A stretch of DNA of 64,000 nt from NCBI GenBank assembly GCA_002104945.1, contig MCFH01000099.1, positions 13,208 through 77,207 on the forward strand. Reading direction: 5' to 3'. This stretch comes from Piromyces finnis finn (taxonomy: Eukaryota > Fungi > Neocallimastigomycota). Positions 48,663 through 61,885 of the stretch are shown here, piece by piece (position 1 is the first letter of the stretch; every line of letters starts with the position of its first letter). The notes under the pieces were generated by a model. The model ran no database searches, was not told where the DNA came from, and worked only from the letters and a program-made list of their open reading frames with translations. Both the position numbers and the translations under genes were made by a program.

Positions 48663-51646
48663 TTACTTTTCTTCAAAATTTAATATTTGGTCTTTGATTA
48701 GACAAGCAGAATAATTATAAGTAATTAATTCTTTCAAGATACATATACCATTAAAGTATATACCTAATTCCATAGTTACTATTCTTAAAGTCCATTTAGC
48801 TATAAATATTGAATATTCAATCAATTCTGGGACCCAGCCATCTTTGAATGAAATTATTGTTTCAAATTTTTGAGCAACGGCATATTCATTTATACCAATA
48901 AAATCTTCAAAGGCAGCCGAACAATAAATCCACCAGAAATATATAATGACAATTAAAAGTAAGGGTTTTAACTTGAGATCTCTGTTGAAATGATGTCTAA
49001 TGACCATTTCAATACTATCATAAAGTATAATAGTATTTATTATACTGGATTATATATATATTATATATATATTGTATAGTATGTTTATGAAGAAAAAATT
49101 TATTAGTGTCCATGTCAAAAAAAAAAAAAAAAAGAAAAAAAAAAATAGGAATAATTTTATTTTATATAATTTATGAGATAAAAAAAAAAGGAAAGAAAAA
49201 TTGTGAATTCTATTATATACCTTCCCCAGAAAAACATTCCTGCTAATACATGATAAATTATAGAAGATAAAACATTAATACCTCGTAAAAAACCTGTTGA
49301 AAACAATATTTCATGGAGAGTCAAATCTTCTGATGTATTATCTACCGTTTCTTCAAAACTATAAATTATATTTTCCTCTGGGTATAAATTTTGATTTTCT
49401 GAAAGTTGTAATTGACAATTATCTTGATTTAAAATAGAATCATCATAATTATTAATATCCCATAAAGAAGAATTGGCATGTTCGGAATATTCCTCATATT
49501 CTATACCTATATCCAAATATTTATAGGTAATATCCAATATATATTTCATGATAAATCCACCAAACACAACTAATGCTATTATCATTAAGAAAAGTAGGAT
49601 ATTTTGAATTTTCTTATTTTGAAGTTTAGTATACCACTTATTATTATCTTTTTTTCTGTAACTTTGCCTTTTTTTTTTTTTATAGAAGAGGTGAAAATAA
49701 AAATGGGATAATATAGAAATAGTATTATGTGTTAAATAGATGAAGATTAAAATTGGTTAATAATAAAAGATACATTAACTATTTATTAAAAATAAATTTA
49801 CCTGCATAAAATACAATTTTCTTGTTGTCCAACTTCAAGGGATGTTTTCATTCTCCATTCATCTAAACAATAACTATGAACATATTTCTAATTTATTAAA
49901 TATTAAAAAAAAAATGGATATAAATAAAAATATTTTTTATTTTATAATATTTAATCTTAATAATGGGATAATTCTATAGACTAATAAAAATTTATATGTA
50001 TATAATATTAATCAACATTATTAAAAATATACCTGACTTCCTTTACAATTACAAGGAGATATTAATTTATCTATATAATAATTAACATCTTCTGGTATAC
50101 GATTTAAGAAAAAGTATTTTTTTTGATAATTTTTAATTTTATTCTGATTTTTCCACCAACTTTTTTGTATGTTTTTTTGTACATTTATGGAAAAACTTAA
50201 TTTATTTTTTTTGTAATGAAAAAGCTTACGGGTATCGTCAAATCGTACTTTTAAGGGGTAAATGCATGTGCAATATATTTTGTTAGAAATAGGTTGATTA
50301 ATAATTCTTTTTTCAAAACTTGAAATGGTATTGTAGAGAGAATGTTTAATTTTTTGTTTTTGAGAATGGATATTTTTTTGGTAGGAAGAATCCGTATTAT
50401 CGGTAGGTACGTTTTCATGACTATCTGAATTTTTAAAGAATTCATCTAAACTCATATAAGATGAACGTAATATATTTTTTTCTTTTTCCACCCCAAGACT
50501 TGATTTATTCGTATCATTAAATGGATGGAAAAAACTACCTGAATTTGATTTTCTTAATGGTATTTCCAAAGAATTAGCCTTTTTAATGGTTCTTTCTACT
50601 ATATTTAGACTACTGAGACTACTACTCGTTCTCATAACTGACTTTTTTAAATAGTATAACCTATTAAAACTGCTATTTATTTCAATATTTTTTCTAATGT
50701 CATCATTATTATTGTTATTACTATTAATATCATAGGAATAATCATCATCATCATTATTATTATCATTATGCTGATTATGCTTTATACTAGTTTTATCATT
50801 TTCTTTGTTGTCATGCTCAAAAACAATTTTATTATCCTTATTAATACCATTATTCTGATTCTTTAGTGGATCATTCACATTACTTGCAGTTTCTGTATTT
50901 AATTTAAAAGCGGCATCATTATATATTCTTTTTTTAGATGGAATTCCTTCCCCTTCCTTTCCTTCCTTATTCAAATAGGGTTGTTGTTTTTTATCATTTA
51001 AAAATGGTTTTCTTTTTAAATAGGTCATTTCTGACAAATACGTTTCATCGATATCATCAGAATTATGCTTAAAGCATGACTTATTATAATATAAAAATGG
51101 ATTTTTCCAAATATCAAAAAAGAATAAATTTTGTGACATCCAATAAATCCACTTGGGTATGAATAAAAGATAGATGAAAAGACGAATTATTGAATTATAG
51201 GTATTTTCTATGAAACTGAAAAGATCATTCCTGTTATTTTCATAGAAGTAATCATAGATACATTTTTTAATGATATTTTTATCAACAGTTTTTATTCGAT
51301 TCCAAATATTTTCTGTTTCTCTTTCTTGTTCTTTTTCTTTTTTTTCATTATTACATCCATTTTTGGAAGAGTCTTTTCTATTTTCATTTTCTATATTATC
51401 AAAATCGTTACAATGACTATATTCATTTTCATTATCTTTACAACATTTATGGTCTTTTTTTTCATTTTCTTCAATTTCAGAATTACCATTTTCATTTTCA
51501 TAATTGTTGAATGAATGATCTTGTTGGTTATTTTGATTTTCCTTTTTAACTTTCTCTGATTGTTTGAATATTTTTTTTATCAAGTCATCATCAAACAAGT
51601 TTAATGTATTAGAGAGACATATACGACATACTTTTTCATCCTTCAT
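48663..51646 (-). CDS. RING-CH (RINGv/MARCH-type) membrane E3 ubiquitin ligase, 4 or more exons
   Basis: CRICL near the start. LISPCNCKGSQ splices to KYVHSYCLDEW...CILC (exon at about 49800-49886). Hydrophobic helices follow in later exons. Confidence 0.82.
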
Positions 51647-51886
51647 CTTTTATTAAAATTTTTAATTATTAGTTTACCAATATTAAATGATACCTATTAT
51701 TTTTTTGGTGGATTTTTTTTTTTTTTTTGATTTATTTCTTTATTTTTCTTTTTTATTCATCCACAATAAATTAAATAGAAAAAAAAAAAAACTGCTTCTT
51801 TTTTTTTTTTTTTTTATTAATAGTTTTTGATAGTATTCATTATTTTATAATTATAATTAAAATGGTATATTTTTAAATTTCTTTTC

Positions 51887-51917
<31 letters not shown>

Positions 51918-52914
51918 TACTCTTTTTTTCTTCTTCTTCTTTCTTCTTCCTCCCCCTTTTTTTTTTCGTTCTTTCAGTGATACCTTTTATTATTAAATAA
52001 TTAAAGACTTGAACGAGATAATAATTTAAATAATGATTATTAATAAAATTACCACTTTTTTTTTTAATATATTAAAATAGTATTAATAAATATTATCCAT
52101 TTCATTACTTTTTTTTTTATTCTTCTTCCTTTTCTTCTCTTTATATTATTTAATTTATTGTAAACTTTTTCGTTTTCCCTTCTTATATAAATAATATTCC
52201 AAATAATATTCTTTTCTTTATAATTATAAAATTAATTTTTTTTTTTCTTAATAAAAAAGCGAAAAACTTTATTAAAATTAATATTTTAATTATTTTTGAT
52301 TAAATATTATTTGTTTTTTTTTTTTTTTTTTGTTTTTTTATCTTTTTTTTTTTTTAGTAAACATAATTAATATAAATTATTATTATATATATATATTTTT
52401 ATTTTTATAACATTTTAACTATTATTAAAATTGGTTTATTTCTTTTTTTATTTTTATATTTTAATTAACTTTATAATTTTATTTGAAATATTGATTTTGT
52501 TTGTTTTTTTTTTTTTTTTTAATTAAAGTTAAATATTTAAATGTTTAAAAAAATTTGTTACCCAACCTACAAAATCAAATTATTTTAATTCTTATTTGGT
52601 ACATTTTTTTTTTTTTTGTATATTTTATAATTTAGGTTTAAATGTTTTCTAATTATTATTATCAACATTAGCACCTTTTTCAAAAAGTTTAAAATTTTTA
52701 TAGTTACTCATTCATTCCCTTTAAATAATGATATTAGTGTTAATATGAAATAAATAAAGCCTATCTTTATAAAAAAAATTTTTTTTGTTCAATTTTAAAC
52801 AATATATTAGCTATAGCATAGAATTAGTATTAGCAATCTTATTTATTATCATATGAAATTTATTGTAGTTCTCTCGTTTTAATGTTTTAATTTTGAAAAT
52901 ATAAACAAAAACTA

Positions 52915-52955
<41 letters not shown>

Positions 52956-52994
52956 GTATTATTATTATAATTATTATTATAATTATTATTATTA

Positions 52995-53010
<16 letters not shown>
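52915..53010. repeat. Imperfect (TTA)n microsatellite
   Basis: Seen directly. Confidence 0.9.
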
Positions 53011-53025
<15 letters not shown>

Positions 53026-53589
53026 TTTTTATTTCATGAAAAGATATTTTACAATTTATTTAATTATTTAATATGTATATTTAATATACAATTTCAAATT
53101 TATTAGACATCTTAATAAATGAAAAAAGAAAGAAAAAAGAATAAAAAGGTATTAAGTACTAGTCTTGACGGTACTTCTCCATAGTATTTAGATCAACTAA
53201 ATAATAATAATAATAAAAAAATTTATATATATATACATATATATAAAATTAAAGGGAGCTAGAAATCTCATTAATTTAATTTTTTTATTATTGTAAAATA
53301 TTATGTATTAAAAGTATTAGGTATATATTTACATATAAATATATATAATGAAATATATATATATATCCTTTGTTATCTCCCATATCAATCATTTTTTTAT
53401 TACCTAATAATATAAATGTATATTAATGTTGGTGACTTTTTTTAATTTATTTGAAATCAAATATATATCTGTTAGGAAGGTAATATTTAATTCTTAATAC
53501 AGAATAACAGAATTATTTCTTATTTCTTATTATTATTATTTCTTTAAAGGAAAAAAAACAAAACAAAACAAAACTATAAACTATGGTAT

Positions 53590-55188
53590 TTAAAAGGTAT
53601 GATGCTTTATTAGATTGTCCAATATAATATTCCTTTCTAATTTTAAACGTGATAATTGTCTATAATTATGTTGATATTCTTCTTCCAATATCATATTTTC
53701 TTGTAAAGAATGACGGTATTTCGCTTTCAATTCATTATACCTGTCTTTAAAGGATTGAGATGTGTTTGAAGAAGAAGATGAGGATAATGGTATATTATTA
53801 TCAATACTTGATTTTTCACGGTGTTTTCCACCTTGTTTTTGTATTATATCTGAATTACTTTTATGTTTTAAATTTTTTATGACGTTAAATTTCAGTGATG
53901 ACATATCCGTGTCCGATGAGAATGTATATTTATTGACTTTCTTTTTGGATGAATGTGGTGAGTCATAATCTTCTTCTCTTTTTCTTTTGGTTAATTTTGC
54001 ATCTGGTGGTAAACACTTTTTCGAATGCTTATTTAAGGCATCCGACCGTGTAAATTTTTTTTCACAAATTTTACATATGTATGGTTTTTCACCTGTAATA
54101 CACACATATTTATATAATATATTTATTAGAAAAAACATTATTGATAAAGTAATAGTTGTAACAAACAAACAAACAAAAAAAAAAGTTCATAGTATTTTTA
54201 TTTTATTTTTTTTATATTTATTTAATAAGAATATCTATTAATTCTTACCAGTATGAACTCTAACATGATTTCTTAATGCAGCTCTACTTCCTATATAATT
54301 TTTTATTTTAATTAAAAAAAAAAAAAACATTGAATTTAAATTATACAATTATTTATTATTATTATTATTTTTTTTAAAAAAAACCATATATTATACATAT
54401 ACTATAAATAATAGTAATAATACATACCATTTGGCTATAATGTTTAAAAAAGAGATAATATTTATTTTTTTAAAAAAATATAAAAAGTTAAGAATTAATT
54501 TACTTTTTCATTTCTATATTTTAAAATACTTTATAATGATTTAACTATTCCAAAATACCTTGTCCCTTCTTTGACAGCTTCTCCATAAACATCCATATTC
54601 TGTACTTTTATCAATGGTATCTATATGGTCTTCATTCAAATGTTTAATGAGTTCATCAAACAACTCATAACTATTATAACAATCATTCCATTGACATTTA
54701 TATATTCTTGCATCATCATTTATGCCTCTAGTTTCATTTATCACTTTACTTGGTCTCTTATTATGTACCCTTGGTTTAGTTACCTTATTATTATTATCAG
54801 TCTTATTACTATCAATTATATTATTATTATTATTATTATTATTATTTAAGCTATTAGTGGCGTTATTATCCTCTGTATTATAGTTGTAACTTTCTTTTTC
54901 ATTGGCTTGATTATCTACATTTTCAATATCAGTATCTATTTCATTTGTCATGGTATCAATATTATGATTTTCATTATCTGAATCAATTTCATTATGCATT
55001 TCAATATCAGTTTCATCATTTATTTCTGAACCTTTATCAGCATTAGCATTTCCGTTATATTCTGAAATAGCTTCAGAAGCTAAATTGTTATTCTCATTGA
55101 AATTACTATCATTTTTTAAATTTTCTTGATCATTAGTATTATTATCTTCTATTAATATATTTTCATCAACAATACCATTGAAGGACAT
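53590..55188 (-). CDS. GLI/YY1-type C2H2 zinc-finger protein with C-terminal coiled coil, Iec1-like (INO80-associated), 4 exons
   Basis: [54 protein letters not shown], and coil YNELKAKY..LKLERNIILDNL. Exons 55188-54559, 54434-54428, 54290-54249, 54092-53590. Confidence 0.82.
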
Positions 55189-56134
55189 TTTTATTTATAA
55201 ATGTGGTAATTTAAATTCAATTAAAATGGAATGTATTATATTATACTTTTTATTTACAAAAATTAATTATTATTATTATTCTTTTCTTTAATTTTAAATA
55301 AAATTAATGGGTCAATTTTAAACACATAAAGTTCAAATATATTTATTCTTTTTTTTTTTTTATTTATTAAAGTTGATTCTTTATATGAGAAGAAAAGAAA
55401 AGAAAAAATTTTTTTAAAGTTTAATTATTACTAAGTAAAATATTTAAATTTTTTTTTTTTCCACAATAAAATATAGTATATATTGAAATTAAACTAGACG
55501 TTAATTCTTATCCGTATATTTTCAAAAAATAAGTTTAACCTAAAAAAGAAAAAAAAGATACCATAACCATAACCAAATTGGATAATAAAGTAATATACTT
55601 ATTTTTTTTTAAAAAAAAAAAAAAGAAAAAGAAAAAAGCCAAGAAATTTACTATATCCTTTGTTTTTCTAACCAATACAATAGGAAAAAGAAATATTCTA
55701 CAGTTTTTAATAGAGATATACAACATTAATAATTTAGTTTAATATAAATCTTTTATAATATTACATTTATTATAATTATTGTTGTTGTTGTTGTTGGCGT
55801 CGTCATTATTCCTATAGTAAAATAGTTATAGTTTATTTATTTTCATAATTAAAAGATTTTAAATAATTATGTAAAGGGAAGGGGAGGGAGAGTGCATTTA
55901 AAGATAAAAATAAATGAATTAAAACGATATTGTACATTAATAAATAAAGAAAAAAAAATAAAAATAAAAAACAGTTTTAATCAGTTGAACTAACTATGAA
56001 AACAATGAACATGGCCAATTAAAATAAATAAATAAATAATATTACATGGATTACTAAAAGAATTTTACTTTTTATATTGTTATTTAATAAAGAAAAAATG
56101 ATAAAGTAAAAAAAAAAGTTGATTCTTTAACGTC

Positions 56135-56170
<36 letters not shown>

Positions 56171-56231
56171 ATTCACAATCTATATTTTTATATATATACG
56201 TGTGTATTCATTATTTAACTTTTTATTTTTG

Positions 56232-57144
56232 TTAAATAATTAATTTTGTATCAAATATTTTTTGTCTTATACCTTGGGTATTTTTATATCTTTCAATACA
56301 TACATCAAAGAAATTTCCACACAATATTGTTTTTGTATGACGTATTGTTTTTTCTTTGTTAATAAAATAACTTTGGGTTTTAAACGTCCATAATTTACTT
56401 AGACGTCTTCTTAAGTTTTCTATGTCCTTTGAATTATCTAAACTTGTGGCCGGTAAACCAAGGAATTCCGACTAATTTAATTCAATATAATATATAATAA
56501 TATAATAGAGGTAAGTGATATTTTCTAAAACTGAATACTTTTTTTTATTATTATTATTATTGACATAATATGTAGAGTTGAAGGGTAGTAAACTTACTTT
56601 TTCTATTTCGAATATTATAATTGGGAGAAAAGCTTTACTGTCATCTTCAACTAACAATGAAAATAAAAATGCATATTTAATTTTATCTTTTGTTGATTGA
56701 CATCGAGGGCATTGTAAAAGTTCGGTTTTATCAAAACTAGTATTAAATTTATATATATTATTTAGGAATAGAGTTATTAACCAATTTACCACGATAATTA
56801 GTATAAAACTACTTACGTTTTTTTACAAACAGTACAATACGGTCTTGTAAAACTTTCAAATTTTCTTGGCATAAAATCAACTACTTTAACTCTACATCTA
56901 TATCTATTTGGTATCTTTTAAATAGTAATTTAGAAAGAAGGAGAAGAAAAAGAATTAAAAGGATATAACATTAATGATTAGAAATATACAAATATAAATA
57001 ATTACCTGTTTAGAATCTAAAATAGCTTTAATTTTTGTAATTGGCATATGACAATGATTAATACCTACATTTAAAAGATTTACAAAATAAAGGTATTAAA
57101 ATTATATTTTGTATTTTTTAAATAAAATATATCTATATTCGTTT

Positions 57145-57183
<39 letters not shown>

Positions 57184-59384
57184 ATACTAGTTAATTTACG
57201 AATTGGCATTGAAAAAACTAAAATTAAGAAAATATATATAGCAAATAAGAATAAATTAATAAATAAAATAATAAATAAAAAAAAGTAATCTATTATTATT
57301 TAATTATTATTCCTTATTTAGATTAAAAGGCGTACATTCAATATTTTTGTTTTTATCATTAGTATTATTTATTGGGGAACTTATGAATAAATTTTTGGAA
57401 GTTTTTATTTTCTTTTTTGGGGTTGATGTTGTTATATTGTTATTATCGTTAATGGAAGGCTCATTTGAATGAATTAAATTACGAATTCCTTCTGAAATTA
57501 TTAAAGAATCATTAATTAAATTATTAATTTGATCTGCATTTTTTCTTTTATCTTTAGGTGATGGTGGAGTAGACGGAAGTTCTAAACTATTTTTAATAAA
57601 ATTTTCTCGATTCCTTTATTTTTTTTTTTATTTTTTTTTTTTTTTAAATATATATATATATATATACAAAATAGATAAAGAGTTAATTTAGTTTATGAAT
57701 TTATTATCATTATGATTTATAATTTATTAAAGATTTACTAAATATATTTAAAACAATATATAATAATAAACTAATCTTAGAATCATAAGAACTTCAATAT
57801 TTACTCATTTATTATTTTAGAATCATTATCATCTAATAGATAGATATGAACCCAATTAGTATTACCGTGAAGATTTCCTTCTATAATACCATTTTTTAAC
57901 TTTAGCTTAATATTTTTAATAAAAATATAATCTCCTTCTGAATATTTTCTTATTTCATTTACATTTTCATCCCTTTTAAATATATATATATATATTTATA
58001 ATTTAAAGATTAATAATTAAACATCTTATATATTATTCTTTTATTAATATTTATTAAATATTACCAAAAAGTACATGCAAAATATATCTTTGCACGAATA
58101 TCGGGGTTTTCATGAAATTCTCTTGATCTACATATAAAATAAAATTCATGATGACGATTAGTAATCATTAATTTTTTTTTTTTTTTTTAAAAAAAACTGC
58201 TTATAATGAAACTGATATGGTCTATTTGTTGTTTATTACTCTAATAATTCATTCTCAGTATAATCTGTTACAATTGCTGTTATACGATTATCATTTCCAT
58301 AATCAAAAAGTTTAATAAGCTATCAATTATATATATATATATAAAAAGGTTTATAATAGGTTATTTAAATAAACCATTGTATTATTGAAAATATTATAAA
58401 AATAAAAAAAAAAAAGTAATAAAAATTTATGATAAATACTTGACAATAAATATCCACATATTTTATGTCTGGATGTAACTCTGAAATTTTTTTACGTCTA
58501 TCATTGGAACTCTCTGGATTTTTTTTATGATACTTGTATTCATTCGTATTCCACCAAATCCGGTAAATATCTATAATTGAATCTTCATTTCCAGAATTAT
58601 TTTTTTTAATTTTTGGATAAACTTCAAAAAAGGAAGCAATGTTTGATATTAGTTGAACTTTATCATTAAATTGTTGAACCTAAAATTTATATATATTATA
58701 TTATTTATTTATTTGATAAATATCAATATTAATTTTACTTTTATTTTAATATTATTGATTTACATAGTTGTTAATACTACTTTTTAATAACTGAAATAAA
58801 TATTTGTATATATTTATATATAAATAATTAAAATGAATTTAAACCAAAAAAAAAATTAATAATAATTTTGATATTACCTTTACACCTTTGCACAATAGAA
58901 CATCTCCTTTATCTTTTATATTTGGAAATGCTTTAAGGTCTGAGTTAAAAATTAATAATTTTATGAATTTTCCATTTGTGGAAGGATCAACTAATGATAT
59001 AGCTTGATAAAATTCTATTATAATATAAAATGTAATAGTTGAATGTTTATATTGTGTAAAATACCAATTATATACAATAAAATACAATTTTTAAGAGTAA
59101 ATCATTAATAAATTAAATGATTTTTTTTTTTCAAATTGAATTAATAATTTTCAATTTTTAATTGAAAAATAATAATATACATATATATTCAAAGAATTAC
59201 ATTCAAAATTTTATAGCAATATATTTAATTGTTATAAAAATATCTTTTATTAATTTTTATATATACAAACATTTATACCTTTAGTTTTTGTATTTTTTGG
59301 TGTAGTAAAATCAACCACTATACCGATACAAGTTGAAATGCTTCCATACTGTAATTGCGATAAATTCTTTGCATCTAATAACAT
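56232..59384 (-). CDS. POT1: Protection of telomeres 1 (OB-fold telomere end-binding protein), many exons
   Basis: OB1-like CIGIVVDFTTPKNTK and AISLVDPS..KLLIF..AFPNIKDKGDVLL. C-terminal YRCRVKVVDFMP, PYCTVC..CPRC and end QKIFDTKL. Internal exon boundaries are only partly traced. Confidence 0.78.
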
Positions 59385-60096
59385 TTCAAGTAGTATTTAT
59401 ATTGTCTATATTATTTTCCTTCAATTTATTAACTATATATATATAAAAGGAATTAGAAATGAATGTAATTTTTTTCATGAATCTTTTTATAAAAAAAAAA
59501 AAAAACTTTAAATTATATTTCATTTACATGTATTATATACTTATTATACTTACAAATCTTTTAAAATAAAAAAAAAAAAATATTATTACTATTATTGTAT
59601 TTTTTTATGGGTATTATATTAGTAACAATCTTTAATTCCTTTTAAATATTTTTTTTAAAAAAAGTTGTTTTTTTTTTTTTTTTTATTTTTTTGCTTAGCT
59701 TAGTAATTTTTGGTTACACAAATTTTTTAAAAAAAGATTCTTTGTTGTAACCTTTAAAAGGTGTGTGTATAAAACACGATAACCAGGGAATATTAAGTGA
59801 ATTTGTGTGTATATATATGTTAAAAAAAAGATATTATCAATTATCTAAAAACAACAAGCACATAATAAAGTTTTATAAAGGGTATGAATTATAATTATGA
59901 GAAAATATTATTAAATCTTTATCAAAAAAAAATTGTTATTTTTTAAATATCTATCTATACATAAATATGTTAGTATCGAAAAGAAAAAATAAAGATTTAT
60001 AAGTTTTCATCAAGTTTCATTAAATATAAAAAGAAAATAATTACAAAAAAATAATTATATTACTCATAAAATAATATCATTTGTCTCATTGATATA

Positions 60097-60220
60097 AATG
60101 TTTAACTATTCTCTCTCTATATATAAAGTATAGGACTTTTGTTACTAAACATTATTTTTTTAATGTTAAACTATTCTCTCTCTATATATAATATAGGAAT
60201 TTTACTATACATTATTTTTT
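60097..60220. repeat. Imperfect ~65-bp tandem duplication
   Basis: aatgtt(t/a)aactattctctctctatatataa...tatagga...tact..acattatttttt starts at 60097 and 60162. Confidence 0.85.
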
Positions 60221-60684
60221 GCATAATAATATAATAATCAAAATGAATTATAATTAAATTTATTTAAAAATATAATTAAAATATTATCTTTACATCATTT
60301 ATATTTGAAAATAATCTTGAGTTATAGGTTAATAGAAAAAAAAAATCAATCATTTTTATATTCGTCCAAGAATCAAATCTTATTATAATGTAAAATGAAC
60401 TGTTTTTTCCATATAAAATACCATTATATATATTATATATAATAAACTATATTTTTCAAGAATAAAACATATTAATAATAAAACGAATGAAAGCAATTTT
60501 TACTAAAAGTATTAAATGAATATGAAAGAAAACAAATCATTTACAATTTATAATTAAATATAGAATATATCGAGTTTTTTTATATATATTAATAAGAGTA
60601 ATTAGATTAAATAATTATAACAAATATTATTACTTTAAAAATAGTATAGAAAGAAAAAACAAATGATTTAAATAAATAAATAAG

Positions 60685-60715
<31 letters not shown>

Positions 60716-61665
60716 ATAGTTCTTCATTCAAAATATGTCCTTAAAAAGGGTTATTAAGTGGTATCATTAATCTAAAGATATATTTGTATTTGTATTTTAT
60801 ATAAATGGAAAATAAAAGATGATAGTTATTAACAAATTAAGTATTTATTTTTTTTTAATTAAAACACTCTAATATTTAAACCAATGTTAATAATGATCTT
60901 TTAATTTATCATTTTAAATACTAAATTTCAATAAATAGTTTTTATTCATTTGAATTAGTATAAATTCAATCATTAATTAAATAAAATGGTGATGTATTAT
61001 TCATATCATACTATAAATCTATCTTATTAAATCTATCTATCTATATAAAAGAGAGAAAGAAAGAGATTATTAAAATATACAGAATTTAAAAAAAAAATAA
61101 TTAATTTTTATTGGGAAAATAAAACTTTATTTAATACTAAAAGCATTCCTTTTGATTTAAAGTGTAATTTAATAAATAAAAGATAAATTTGGATAAATTA
61201 AAAATTTTATACTTGAACTTCATCTTTTTTTTTTTTAAAAGTATAACAAACAACGAATCAGGAAAAAAAAAAATAACATTACCACTCTAATTATTAACTT
61301 TTTATTTAAGAAATAGAACAAGTTAAATTAATTTCCAAACTATATCTATTATATCTATTATTTTTTATACATAAAATAATAAAAAGCTATTTTAATATTT
61401 TAGTAATTAAGAATAATTTCATTAAGAAAATAACTATTTATTCAGTGAGTAGGATTAAAATCTTTTTTTTTTTTTTTGTTTTTCCAATAAATATTTTATG
61501 GGGTGTTAAACGTAAAACTATAAATCCTAATATTTTCTAAATAAAAAAAAATTACTTTTAATACTATTATTTTAAACGGTAAATAATTCTATCAATAAAA
61601 TTACCTTTGTATTCAATATTTTTTTTTATTTCTTACATATTCCCTGATTTATCTTTTACTTTTCT

Positions 61666-61885
<220 letters not shown>

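Noticed and set aside
56232-59384. Functional link between POT1 and the retroelement array
   Set aside because: About 35 kb and several unrelated genes apart. Proximity alone is not evidence in a eukaryote.
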